From NCBI GenBank assembly GCA_965541585.1, contig CBEUCH010000004.1, positions 96,001 through 160,000 of the forward strand: 64,000 nt of DNA. Direction: 5' to 3'. The translations under genes and the position numbers were made by a program. Numbering within the stretch: the first letter of the stretch is position 1; each line of letters starts with the position of its first letter. The notes beneath the pieces were generated by a model. That model saw only the letters and a list, made by a program, of their open reading frames with translations. It ran no database searches and had not been told where the DNA came from. Of this stretch, positions 54,301 to 63,473 are shown piece by piece. Source of the DNA: an uncultured bacterium (lineage in GTDB: Bacteria; Zixibacteria; MSB-5A5; UBA10806).

Positions 54301-54439
54301 TCCTGAAGCTTTAGAAGCGAAAAGAACGGAGATAGAGGACAGGATAGAAAGGATTAACTCATCCGATTTCGCGGCCACTCCCGGATATGATTGCCGTTAT
54401 TGTGATTTCCGCCGGATTTGCCCGGCGCAACAAAAATGA
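51383..54439 (+). CDS. UvrD/PcrA-family helicase fused to a PD-(D/E)xK nuclease with a 4-Cys Fe-S motif
   Basis: GAGSGKT, VDEFQD, GDDDQAIYRFRG, ENFRS, TVHGSKGLE, EERRLFYVAMTRA; then CPLKF..GRIDR..IDYKTG..CRYCDFRRIC. Confidence 0.88.
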   Translation: MMQLSQPQKQAVEYLGGPQIILAGAGSGKTRVIVAKAQYLIEEKSYSPESLLVITYSTKTQAELEERMAILGNRMPEIKTFHSLGLDIINEFSHLLGAGGEISKASEYRLHQYLKRAISELAESMLLDTNLPDEIYRGIAEFIERAKDELVSPDDVITAAEDQLSGLPADAGDDDDIIVNRDRWTKVLEAGRIYRAYERIKSENTDTQGGNIDYGDMIVTSHRLLSTQKIVGATLRQRIEYILVDEFQDANYAQVEILYHLAGNKCGITVVGDDDQAIYRFRGASFASFKLFQQLFPDAEVHKLEENFRSTSNIVRAAQSVIEIDPEARFESQKKMFSSGDSGEKVSVRVCPDYLTEAESVTDEIGSLLKIEKYNKPKSIAVLFRARRHKDLLAGILQRKKIDFFYDKKIEESSSQPVKLLGTLYEFVLDSSRRDLLAVIVHHFLPGIEPDLEREIGYKLSRRENEPLDILRAIASESDKVLSADLLNLIGLLNELRTLTPEKNPLQLLEQVISRAGILSSVIANGQIIDHQAMADIAGILRDADSFMQENDTGSHPAFLEYLSWKTGVSEDENAIEETEAPVVLQTVHGSKGLEYPVVFVIGLSNIRFPSRRRSVTLEFPPELYKDELPPGDYRIQEERRLFYVAMTRARERLYLHGLEKKGTRLSQFVKELTGQPVFDEVGETKKIDQTTTLPEAAFGPAEAIDDARSVVIPGSVPIEDALPESILKLWRIESSKIQTPEEFEQIKDEFSSKIDSSLSELKSLIDHEKFAPRQPDQRFKVDRVSYTDLETFDTCPLKFYYRKILRMPSPPSPHQLLGQVIHAVLEKAGKSMMDGKAAGFEGLIEEFQSRWKRIHLSDPDQKERLMQRGRELLENFAALQSKRPGKPESFEKSFEIELPNARLTGRIDRVDKTPSGLAVIDYKTGKKDDSKLKKDLQLPIYSLACKEIFGEYPSSLIFMFLKDGSIHEDSFDPEALEAKRTEIEDRIERINSSDFAATPGYDCRYCDFRRICPAQQK

Positions 54440-54490
54440 TAGCTTGTTCAAGGAATCAGGGTAACATGCCCCGCCGCCGTCTGTAGGGCT

Positions 54491-54560
54491 GTCATTCCCG
54501 ACCCCGATCGGGAATCCAGTGCCACACACCATCATGGATTCCCGTTTTCACGGAAATGAC
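54491..54560. repeat. Palindromic GTCATTCCCG..GGAATCCA / TGGATTCCCG..ATGAC repeat element
   Basis: Two short hairpins arranged as an inverted pair between convergent genes. Confidence 0.7.
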
Positions 54561-54619
54561 AAGGGATATCCTGGTGGAGGGCCAAACCGCAGTACGCCTT
54601 CGGGCAAACGCGCTTCCCC

Positions 54620-55162
54620 CTACAGCCCCAGCTCCTCTTTAGAAAATATCGCCTCGTATGGAATGTTCAGCTTTTGAAAATGCTCTCTGGCGCCCTGGTC
54701 TCTGTCGACGATCACCATAACCTTGACGATCTCGCATCCTGCCGCCCTTGCCGCCTCGATGGCCTTGGTGGCCGAGCCGCCGGTGGTGGCCACATCCTCG
54801 ATGATAACCGCTTTCATCCCTTCCGCCACCGGCCCCTCAACGAGGCTTTTGGTACCGTGATCTTTTGTTTCCTTGCGGACTATAAAACCGGTCAGCTTGC
54901 GCCCGCGATTGTGGGCCAGCGCGATGACGGCGCCGATCATGGGATCGGCTCCCAGAGTCGGGCCGCCGACGGCATCTATGTCGGTGTTTTCGAGCATATC
55001 GAGCATGATCTCCGCCGTCAGGTTGAGACCCTCCGAATCAAGCGTGGCCAGCTTGCCGTTAATGTAATAGGTGGACTTCTGACCCGAAGCCAGCGTGAAA
55101 TCACCGAACTTAACGGCCTTCTCAAGCAGAATTTCTTTTAAGCGGTTTTTTTTATCGCTCAC
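54620..55162 (-). CDS. pyrE: Orotate phosphoribosyltransferase
   Basis: GDFTLASG..S.YY, VRKETKDHG, IEDVATTGGS, IVDR. Probable GTG start at 55162. Confidence 0.93.
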   Translation of the reverse strand: MSDKKNRLKEILLEKAVKFGDFTLASGQKSTYYINGKLATLDSEGLNLTAEIMLDMLENTDIDAVGGPTLGADPMIGAVIALAHNRGRKLTGFIVRKETKDHGTKSLVEGPVAEGMKAVIIEDVATTGGSATKAIEAARAAGCEIVKVMVIVDRDQGAREHFQKLNIPYEAIFSKEELGL

Positions 55163-55283
55163 CAATATCCCCTTTCCGGCATACGAAGGCGACGCCACCC
55201 TCCTTGAACCAGCGCCGCCATCACAATTTTAGGAGCTGACATAATACCCGGTCAAGTTTTTTCCCACAGCGGCTTCCCGATCG

Positions 55284-55658
55284 TCAGTCTGCCAGACCGA
55301 TCAAAACAGTATCCGAATAGACCATTCCCTTTAGCTCAGCGGACGCGTAAACCAGATAACGGCCGCCTGCAGGCCAGCTTCCGTCCGGCTTGCGGCCGTC
55401 CCAGATGCATTCGTAGCGGCAGATATCGTCGCACTCTCCCCGTCGTGCCCGGGCGAGGTAAGTATAACCGGTCTTTTTCTCAAGTATATGGACCGAAATT
55501 GAGTCAGGGAAATCGCCGTTACCGGACAGAGAAAATTCAAGCGAAATTTTCTCTCCCAGGGCATAGCCTCCCGGCCCGGTATCATTTATCATCTCGTATT
55601 CTTCTGTGCAGGAGGCCGACAGGCTAATCACAAGAATAGCCAGAATAAGAGGCTTCAT
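55284..55658 (-). CDS. Hypothetical lipoprotein (FlgD-like WDG motif)
   Basis: Lipobox SASC; WDGRKPDG...GRY. Confidence 0.55.
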   Translation of the reverse strand: MKPLILAILVISLSASCTEEYEMINDTGPGGYALGEKISLEFSLSGNGDFPDSISVHILEKKTGYTYLARARRGECDDICRYECIWDGRKPDGSWPAGGRYLVYASAELKGMVYSDTVLIGLAD

Positions 55659-55659
55659 A

Positions 55660-57729
55660 TCATGCTTCTGCTTTTTTGGGGGGCGATGTCCTCCCCAGAA
55701 GCGATTCGATTATCAATAGAATCAGAACCGCCAGCAAGAATTCCTTCCATAGCTCCCTTCCGAACCTGGCTTCTTTAATAGAGGTCTTCATATCGGAGCC
55801 CGGTGTGATCGTTCTGACATCAATACCCAATAGCTCGCCGATCTCTTCTATCGTTATTGTCTCGGCGGACGATTCAGCACGGTCAGTATTGAATGCCAAA
55901 AGCGATAAGGTCTCCTCACCGGATTTGAGGCTGTAAATCCCGGGGGGGCCGAACTCGGTGAAGCTAACCAGCGATCCGGTTGCAGTCCGCGCCGGGAGAA
56001 GATCCTCGATCGTATTGGCCGGGGAGATCAGTTTCAACCCGCCGGTGATATCCCCTCTGACATTCCAGCTGGAGAGCTCGCCGATGACGCCCGCGAAACC
56101 CCCGCCGGCCTCATGGGAGCCCAGATATTCTATGCTTCTTACGAGGAAGGGGACAAAAAATGAGTGGGCGGGAATATCGCCCGTTAAGAGATCCAGCCCG
56201 CTTGAAAAAACCAGTATCGGTTTCGTCTCGGATTCAACCAGGAGGTTTATCCCCGAACCGCTCGACCCGATAGCCCTGCCGCCTTCGAGATGCCTGTAAT
56301 AATTAATATGGATATCCGGCACGGTCGGCCGTGAACGATCTTCATCATCGGGAGAATACAAAGAGAAGATCGGATGCTCGAAATCGAAATTGTCCCAGAT
56401 GATGTACTCACCCGTCTTTCCCGCAAGTTCACCCGGGGATACGCCTGCATTTTCCATCAGAAATCGTTTCCAATATGCCGTGCTGGACGATCTTCCCAAC
56501 GATACAAGCAACCCGCCTCCGGCGGAGACGAATCTTTCTACGGCCGCTTCCCGAGCGGGATCGAGGTTTGGCAGATCGTAAAGCAAAATCACATTATAAC
56601 GTTCCAGATTTTCCCGGAGAAGATCCGCAGCCCCGATCCCCTTGTAATCTATCTGCCCCGCTTCCTCTCTGTCGAGCACCAGGTTGAGCAGTTTCAGGTT
56701 GTTTGCGGTCTGCCCCACCGTCAGCAGACTAATTTTCTCAGGGACGTGGAGGCTGAAATATCGCTTGTTGTCCAGGCCGTAACGGTCATAATCGATCTCC
56801 ACATAACCGCCGTGATCTCCGGGCGAGTCGAGCTTGAATGTAACGCCGACCCTCGAAGGATGGTTTGGCGGGAGAGATACGCTTGCCTGTGCCCTCCGTT
56901 GGCCATCGACAACCACGCCGACAAGTATGTTTTGGAGAGTTCCCCTGCCATGATTAACGAGCTCTGCTTCCAGATCAAAGTTTTCTCCCGGGATGAGAAT
57001 TTGAGGGGGATACAAAATATCGGTGATCCCGACATTATCTGCTCCCGTCGGCTCCGAGAGGATGCTGAATATATGAATGCCCTCCCATGATTCTGTCTGC
57101 AATATTTCAGGAGGGAGGTTGTCCCAATTTCCCCTCTGGTGATCGGAAAATATATATATTTCACGATTCAGATCAGGGCTGCCCTGGAGGATTTCCAGCC
57201 CCGCTTGAAGCGCCTCGCCTACATCGCCTGTTTGATAGCCCTGTTCAATGTCTTTCAAACGTCTTTTCAGATTATCGCCGGGGTTAAACGGCCCCACTAT
57301 AAAAGGCGCTCCGCTTCCAGGATAAGAAATAATGGTAACCACATCGCCCGGGTCGAGAATATCAAAAAGCCTGCCAGCCATTCTCTTTGCTTCATCGAAT
57401 ATGCTGCCTGTTTCTCCCTCGGCCTCCATCGATGCTGTCCTGTCCAGAATCACGACCACCGACGATGCGGCCTTCGATGAGCCGACGAAACCTCGCAGAG
57501 TCGGTCGTGCAAAAGCCATCACAATCAATGCAATAATCATCATTCTCAGGACCAGAAGCAGAAGTTCCTTGATCTTGAGCCATCGCATTCGGCTTTTCTG
57601 CATCTGCTCAAGAAACTTAAGAGACGAAAACTCGATAGTCTTGATGCGTCTTTTCGAGAGAAGATGAATTATCAGCGGTATAGAGACCGCAGCCAGCGCC
57701 AGTAGAAATGCCGAATTCAAAAAGCTCAT
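55660..57729 (-). CDS. BatA N-terminal / vWA domain membrane protein
   Basis: MSFLN..L..PLIIHL..F.SL.FL; ARP; DRTASM; FSD; C-terminal TM ELWK..ES. Confidence 0.85.
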   Translation of the reverse strand: MSFLNSAFLLALAAVSIPLIIHLLSKRRIKTIEFSSLKFLEQMQKSRMRWLKIKELLLLVLRMMIIALIVMAFARPTLRGFVGSSKAASSVVVILDRTASMEAEGETGSIFDEAKRMAGRLFDILDPGDVVTIISYPGSGAPFIVGPFNPGDNLKRRLKDIEQGYQTGDVGEALQAGLEILQGSPDLNREIYIFSDHQRGNWDNLPPEILQTESWEGIHIFSILSEPTGADNVGITDILYPPQILIPGENFDLEAELVNHGRGTLQNILVGVVVDGQRRAQASVSLPPNHPSRVGVTFKLDSPGDHGGYVEIDYDRYGLDNKRYFSLHVPEKISLLTVGQTANNLKLLNLVLDREEAGQIDYKGIGAADLLRENLERYNVILLYDLPNLDPAREAAVERFVSAGGGLLVSLGRSSSTAYWKRFLMENAGVSPGELAGKTGEYIIWDNFDFEHPIFSLYSPDDEDRSRPTVPDIHINYYRHLEGGRAIGSSGSGINLLVESETKPILVFSSGLDLLTGDIPAHSFFVPFLVRSIEYLGSHEAGGGFAGVIGELSSWNVRGDITGGLKLISPANTIEDLLPARTATGSLVSFTEFGPPGIYSLKSGEETLSLLAFNTDRAESSAETITIEEIGELLGIDVRTITPGSDMKTSIKEARFGRELWKEFLLAVLILLIIESLLGRTSPPKKAEA

Positions 57730-57775
57730 ACTAATAAATTAACTAAGTTGTCAATCCTCCGGTAGCGAGCATATG

Positions 57776-59629
57776 TTACATCCCGAGTTCGTATTTTGAT
57801 TCCATATATTTTTTGGCCAGCATATTCAGATATGCGCCGCCACCTGCGCGCGCCGCCTCTTCAAAGAAGTCTTTTGCCTCGTCTCTTCTGCCTTGCAGGT
57901 CGGCTGTCCTGCCCATCTCCATAAATATCATGGCTTGATAGTACGGCCGCCGCTCCAGAAAAAAGGCGATACCGAGGTTTTGTTCGGCCCTGTCAAATTC
58001 CCCGAGTAATGTGAACGCCCGGCCGGCCGTCAGATAGTGTAACGGATTATAGGACGCCTGCGTAGTGAGATTGAGAGCGAGAGCGGCAGCTTGCTCAAGC
58101 AGCGAATCGACTCCGGCCTCTCCCGATATGATCTTCAGCCTGGCCGATTCGAAAGAATAATCGGGTGACAGGAGAACATCACCCTCCAGTTTATCGAATA
58201 TCGTCCTCGCCGAATCGATATCGCCGCTATCTATCAGAATACCTACCAACCTCAGTCCGGAGATCCCGTATTGGCTCTCGACAAAAGCTTCCTCATACAG
58301 TCTGACAGCCGCCTCAAAATCTCCCAAGGTCATCTCCGTATCGGCCTTTAGAGTTAAAAACCGCGGGCTTCGTCCCGATAATTCAACCAGGTCGCTATAA
58401 GTTTTATCCGCAGCATCATAATCTCCCAGCCAGTACTGGCAGGCCGACAGGTAGTTTAAATTGTCGGATTTATCATTGCCGTCCAGAGCAGCGAGCTCGG
58501 CATAATATTCCCTAGCCTTCTCTATCTTCTTCTGCTGGAAGTAGATGGACGCGTAGTATCCCAATTCCACACTACCCGGTTTATAATTTTCGATGTAATC
58601 GATATACTGCTCGATCGCACTCAATAAGCTCATCCTGTAGATTTCCCTGAAATTAGTTTCAAAATCCACAGGTGAGGATTGCCTGTATAGTTTTTTGAAA
58701 TTCGAAAAGCTGCGTGTTTCAAAAAGCCAGTTGACAAATCCGCCGCAGAAAATAGAGCCTGTATCGCTATTCACCCAACCGTAGCGAGAGAAGTTCGCAA
58801 GGATACCAGCCGGCTCAAGTTGGTGGACAAATTTCCTCATTTCCAATTTGCCATCTTCATAATAGTGAGCCAGGCCGGTCGCCATCCACCTCGGGCCGTA
58901 ACCCCAGAGACTATATATCAAAAGCTCCGCCGCAGGCGCGGGAGATACGGCATCGACATCATGGCCATATATCAGATCGATTCTTCTCGAGTTAGGAAGA
59001 ATAGAGTAATGCAGATCCCGGTCCAGATAAACTTCATCCGTCGGTTCCGGGTGAATGAAAAAATCTATCTTCTCGAACATCGATAATTTGTAGCTGTTGC
59101 GATAATGATCGTAGATAATCTCAAGATAGCTCATCCTAATATTCCACATGTAATCCGCCAGAGAACCTTTCACCCAGCGCGTCAGATAGTGAATCGATGT
59201 TGAACTGCCCCATATCTCAGCGTCATTCAGAGAATAATTGAATTTCTGCACAGAGCCGGTGTCATTCTGAATGATAAAGGTGTAGTTTATCGAGGCGTCA
59301 TTCTTAACGGGAACCGACGGAATGATCATTTTCTCCCCGACGGCAAGCATCATAGGGTATTGGAAGTTTTTGAAATCCGGGCCCAATCCGGAGAGTTCGA
59401 CCAACAGGCGGTATTTCCCGGCCGAATCAGCCGTCGGAGACAACTTGAGAGTATACGGCCCGGTGAAGATTTCACGGCTATTGCCCAACGGCACCGAAAC
59501 CCTGCCGTCAAATACGGTGATGGCCGGTTGGCCGATTATGTCCCCTTTTACGCTGATCTGCAGCGCCCCCGCGAAGGCAATGTTTGCAGAAAACAGAATA
59601 ATCGATACCAGTGCAAATACCAATCTCAT
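57776..59629 (-). CDS. Exported TPR-containing protein
   Basis: Signal peptide; C-terminal TPR-like helices (A..YY, A..YEEA, A..FFEEA). Confidence 0.6.
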   Translation of the reverse strand: MRLVFALVSIILFSANIAFAGALQISVKGDIIGQPAITVFDGRVSVPLGNSREIFTGPYTLKLSPTADSAGKYRLLVELSGLGPDFKNFQYPMMLAVGEKMIIPSVPVKNDASINYTFIIQNDTGSVQKFNYSLNDAEIWGSSTSIHYLTRWVKGSLADYMWNIRMSYLEIIYDHYRNSYKLSMFEKIDFFIHPEPTDEVYLDRDLHYSILPNSRRIDLIYGHDVDAVSPAPAAELLIYSLWGYGPRWMATGLAHYYEDGKLEMRKFVHQLEPAGILANFSRYGWVNSDTGSIFCGGFVNWLFETRSFSNFKKLYRQSSPVDFETNFREIYRMSLLSAIEQYIDYIENYKPGSVELGYYASIYFQQKKIEKAREYYAELAALDGNDKSDNLNYLSACQYWLGDYDAADKTYSDLVELSGRSPRFLTLKADTEMTLGDFEAAVRLYEEAFVESQYGISGLRLVGILIDSGDIDSARTIFDKLEGDVLLSPDYSFESARLKIISGEAGVDSLLEQAAALALNLTTQASYNPLHYLTAGRAFTLLGEFDRAEQNLGIAFFLERRPYYQAMIFMEMGRTADLQGRRDEAKDFFEEAARAGGGAYLNMLAKKYMESKYELGM

Positions 59630-60480
59630 ACTTTTGCCAACTTCCTTAATAGCGTCAGGTTTATCTTATCCATATCACCATCGGTTCCTTTCGGAGTCTC
59701 CAGGAGTTTCGGGATCTTTTCAAATCTTTTATCCCGCATGAAAAATGCGAACGGTTCTTTGCCGATCTCGCCTTTGCCGATATGCTCGTGACGATCCACC
59801 CTGGAACCGAGCCCCTTTTTGGAGTCATTGACGTGGATTACCGCCAGCCTCTCCAAACCGATTATACGTTCGAACTCAGAAATCGTTTTCTCGTACGCTT
59901 CCCTGGTGGTGATATCGTAGCCGGCGGCAAATATATGACAGGTATCGAGGCAAACCGCCGGCCTTTCCGGATGAGATGATTGCTCTATCATGGAGGCTAT
60001 TTGCTCGAATTTATGGCCCAGGTTCGATCCCTGCCCGGCGGTGGTCTCGAGAGTTATCCTGACCTTGAACCCTTCAGTTCGCTCATGCAGCCAGCTTATC
60101 GATTCGGCAATCCTCTTGACTCCCCAATCCTCCCCTTGATCGATATGGCTTCCCGGATGGGTAACGAGGTGAGGTATTCTCAATTTTTCACAGCGTTCCA
60201 TCTCTATCAGAAAGGCTTCCCGGGATTTCTTTAGAAGGGCTTTATCGGGCGAGCATAAGTTTATCAGATATGAATCGTGGGCGATCACGGAATTGATTCC
60301 CGTTCTTTTCTGTTCTGTGTGAAATTTCGCCAGCTCCTCATCGGTTAGTTCCTTGGCTCTCCATTGGTTGGAAGATTTGGTGAAGATCTGTATGGTGGTG
60401 CAGCCGAACTTCTCGCCATGCAGAAAAGCGTTGAAAGCGCCGCCTGCGATTGACATGTGTGCGCCCAGAAGCATTGTCAT
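59626..60480 (-). CDS. nfo: Endonuclease IV
   Basis: GAHMS, QIF, HDSYLINL, HPGS, LETTAGQG, CLDTCH, HVNDSK, DRHEH, LETP. Confidence 0.95.
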   Translation of the reverse strand: MTMLLGAHMSIAGGAFNAFLHGEKFGCTTIQIFTKSSNQWRAKELTDEELAKFHTEQKRTGINSVIAHDSYLINLCSPDKALLKKSREAFLIEMERCEKLRIPHLVTHPGSHIDQGEDWGVKRIAESISWLHERTEGFKVRITLETTAGQGSNLGHKFEQIASMIEQSSHPERPAVCLDTCHIFAAGYDITTREAYEKTISEFERIIGLERLAVIHVNDSKKGLGSRVDRHEHIGKGEIGKEPFAFFMRDKRFEKIPKLLETPKGTDGDMDKINLTLLRKLAKV

Positions 60481-60682
60481 CTCCCTTCCCGATGCCGTCT
60501 GAATCAGTTAACCGATACGGACAATCAAAATACCGATAATCAGCCGATTTTCAAGAGAAAAGAGCGCTGCTCTTATGCATAGGGTTCTAAGACTACGTTG
60601 AACAAATGGTTGAAATCCGGCAAAAGCGCTCAGTCTAAATTGCTCTTGATAGCGCCGGTGCAATTGGTTATATACATCACAA

Positions 60683-62215
60683 ATGCCTGTTGGCGATAGA
60701 TATCTCACCCGGCTGGCTATTTTGTTCTCGGTATTAGCCCTGGCTGCTTATAGCTATTATATCCAGCCGTGGATGCTTGACGATGCCTTTATCGCTTTTC
60801 GCTATGCTGAGAATATCGTCGCCGGAGATGGCCCAGTCTATAATGTGGGGGAGAGAGTCGAAGGATATACGTCGTTCCTATGGATGATCCTTATGGCGCT
60901 CGGCAGATCGTTCGGCGCTGATATAGTGATATTCTCCAAGGTCCTGGGACTGGCTTTCGCCATTGGCAATATCATATTGCTCGCCAACGCCCACAGGTTA
61001 GCAAGAACTATCGATTCCGGGGTTTCCGCCATAGCGACGCTATTGCTCGGTAGCACCGGCATTTTTCTGGCGTGGGGTGTAAGCGGCATGGAGGTTACCT
61101 TATTTACGTTTCTGGTCTCACTTTCTTTATTATATTATATATCCATAACGGATTCGGATGATTATAGAAAGTTCTCTATCCTGGGGGTATTGTGCGGCAT
61201 TATGTCTCTTGCAAGACCCGAAGGACTACTGGTAACGGGGATTCTGATTTTGTATCAATCTTATAAAAGCATCAAAAAGGGAAATTATCCGATCGCATAT
61301 TTGGTCGTATTTTTTCTTATAATATATCTGCCCTACTTCTGGTGGCGGTATAACTATTATGGTTTCCTGTTACCGAATACTTTCTATGCCAAGGTTGGCT
61401 GGAACATCAACCAGGTCATAAGGGGGCTAAGATATCTGGTCAGGTTCGGAATTCCTTCGCTGATGATTTTGTTGCCGATGATCGATCCAATTGGAACATC
61501 AGCCTGGTTTAAGAAATATGGAAAGCTCACCATCCTTCCATTAGTGGCCGCCGTTTACAGCATCTATATAATTTCGGTCGGAGGAGACAGCATGCCGGCA
61601 TTTAGATTTTTTACGCCGATAATGCCGATATTCTGTATTCTATTCGCCATGACGATAATGCTCATAGACAACAAACGAATAGTGACTCTTATGGTCCTGG
61701 GAACCATCGTATACAGCATTGTTCTACTCAATTCTCCACATATTACTCCTCACATAGAAGATAACAGAGCCGCCGAATATGGTAAAGAAGTTGGTCAATG
61801 GCTTTCAAAGAATGTTCCTGCTGATGCCGTGATTGCCACTAATACGGCCGGAAGCGTCCCTTACTACAGCCGACTCAGAGTCATTGATATGCTCGGCTTA
61901 ACAGATCTGCACATCGCTCATCGCGAAATGCCGAATATGGGTTCCGGCTGGCCAGGGCATGAAAAGTCGGACGGCCAGTATGTTCTATCCCGAAAGCCCG
62001 ATTACATACACTTCTGCTCCAGCCTCGGATCGGCAGAACCGGTATCCCCCGGCGATAAAGAGATTTACAATATCCCCGAATTCCATATGATGTATGTTCT
62101 CAAACAAGTAACCTTGCCATCCGGCAATCGGCTGTCACTATATGAACGGCGGCGGGAGCTTGATCGGCCACCGTCGGATGACGATCCGAGGTCAGTGCCG
62201 GATTTGAAGCTATGA
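60683..62215 (+). CDS. Membrane glycosyltransferase (GT-C fold)
   Basis: DDAFI.FRYA.N...G.G..YN.GERVEGYTS; GME; RPEG; PNTFYAK; IDMLGL.D. Confidence 0.75.
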   Translation: MPVGDRYLTRLAILFSVLALAAYSYYIQPWMLDDAFIAFRYAENIVAGDGPVYNVGERVEGYTSFLWMILMALGRSFGADIVIFSKVLGLAFAIGNIILLANAHRLARTIDSGVSAIATLLLGSTGIFLAWGVSGMEVTLFTFLVSLSLLYYISITDSDDYRKFSILGVLCGIMSLARPEGLLVTGILILYQSYKSIKKGNYPIAYLVVFFLIIYLPYFWWRYNYYGFLLPNTFYAKVGWNINQVIRGLRYLVRFGIPSLMILLPMIDPIGTSAWFKKYGKLTILPLVAAVYSIYIISVGGDSMPAFRFFTPIMPIFCILFAMTIMLIDNKRIVTLMVLGTIVYSIVLLNSPHITPHIEDNRAAEYGKEVGQWLSKNVPADAVIATNTAGSVPYYSRLRVIDMLGLTDLHIAHREMPNMGSGWPGHEKSDGQYVLSRKPDYIHFCSSLGSAEPVSPGDKEIYNIPEFHMMYVLKQVTLPSGNRLSLYERRRELDRPPSDDDPRSVPDLKL

Positions 62216-62302
62216 CCGTTCCGGAAACGGACTCATTTGGTAAATAATCGCACCTTGACTTTCCCGTGATTTTAAGTATTTTTCTTGGTTCGAGGAACAT
62301 CC

Positions 62303-62374
62303 TGGGGCGTCGACAAGTGGCAAGTCACCAGCCTTTGGAGCTGGCATTCCCAGGTTCGAATCCTGGCGCCCCAG
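62303..62374 (+). tRNA. tRNA-Gln(UUG)
   Basis: Acceptor stem TGGGGCG/CGCCCCA; anticodon arm CCAGC-CTTTGGA-GCTGG; T-arm CCAGG-TTCGAAT-CCTGG; CCA not encoded. Confidence 0.97.
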
Positions 62375-62441
62375 CTGTGACTATATGGCGGTCGATGGCT
62401 TAATTTTTGGTACAGGATAAAAGACAATGTAGCGGGGATGA

Positions 62442-63380
62442 GTGATGCTCAATGATTTCAGACTTTTCTCGGGGAGCGCCAACAGGCCTCTGGCGGAAAA
62501 AATAGCAAAAGACCTCGGCAAGCCCGTCTCGAAATGCACGCTGAAGAGGTTCTCCGACGGCGAGATTTTCTTCCAGATCGACGAGAACATCCGGGGGACG
62601 GACGTATTCATCATCCAGTCCACCAACGCGCCGGCATCCAACCTGATGGAGCTTTTCATAATGATAGACGCCTGCCGGCGAGCGTCCGCCAACAGGATAA
62701 CCGCGGCCATACCCTATTACGGTTACGCCCGTCAGGATCGCAAGGATCAGCCGCGTGTTGCCATATCCGCCAAGCTGGTGGCCAATCTTATCACCAAGGC
62801 GGGGGTCGACCGGGTGCTCCTGATGGATCTGCACGCCTCACAGATACAGGGATTTTTCGATTGCCCCTCGGACCACCTCTACTCATCCAAGGTTTTCAAC
62901 AAACATTTAAAGAAACTCGATTTCAAAGACGGCGTGGCGGTCTCGCCCGATGTCGGCTCTGTCAAGCTCGTCAGGGCTTTCGCCAAGGCGCTCGATTTCA
63001 GCCTGGCCATCGTCGATAAGAGAAGGCCGGACATAAACCAGGCGAAGGTCATGAATGTCATCGGCGATGTCGAGGGTCGGGATGTCGTTATCCGCGATGA
63101 CCTTGTCGATACTGCCGGTACCCTCGCCGGGGCCGCGGATGCCATCAAGCAAGAGGGAGCCAGGCGTGTGGTGGCTGCCTGCACACACGGCGTGCTATCC
63201 GGCAAGGCCAGGGAGAGAATCGAGAAATCGGCCATAGAAAAGCTTTATGTTTCGGATACCATTGATATCCCGCAGGAGAAGAGATTCCCCAAACTGGAGA
63301 TTCTCTCCGTATCAGAGGTCTTCAGCAAGTCGATATTGCGGATTCACGAGGAAAAGTCGCTTTCGAGTTTGTTTGTTTAA
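62442..63380 (+). CDS. prs: Ribose-phosphate pyrophosphokinase
   Basis: FSDGE, PYYGYARQDRK, DLH..QIQGFF, SPD.G, KRR, DD.VDTAGT, CTHG. Confidence 0.96.
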   Translation: MMLNDFRLFSGSANRPLAEKIAKDLGKPVSKCTLKRFSDGEIFFQIDENIRGTDVFIIQSTNAPASNLMELFIMIDACRRASANRITAAIPYYGYARQDRKDQPRVAISAKLVANLITKAGVDRVLLMDLHASQIQGFFDCPSDHLYSSKVFNKHLKKLDFKDGVAVSPDVGSVKLVRAFAKALDFSLAIVDKRRPDINQAKVMNVIGDVEGRDVVIRDDLVDTAGTLAGAADAIKQEGARRVVAACTHGVLSGKARERIEKSAIEKLYVSDTIDIPQEKRFPKLEILSVSEVFSKSILRIHEEKSLSSLFV

Positions 63381-63473
63381 AATGCCGCGGATAATGGTTA
63401 CAACAGGATAGGAAATTCCCATTCGGGGTACCTGTAATTAAATAGAAAATAAGTAATCTTCAGGGAGTAACAG

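Noticed and set aside
53700..54439. Cas4 gene
   Set aside because: The Cas4-like Cys/nuclease pattern is the C-terminal domain of a UvrD fusion, with no CRISPR context.
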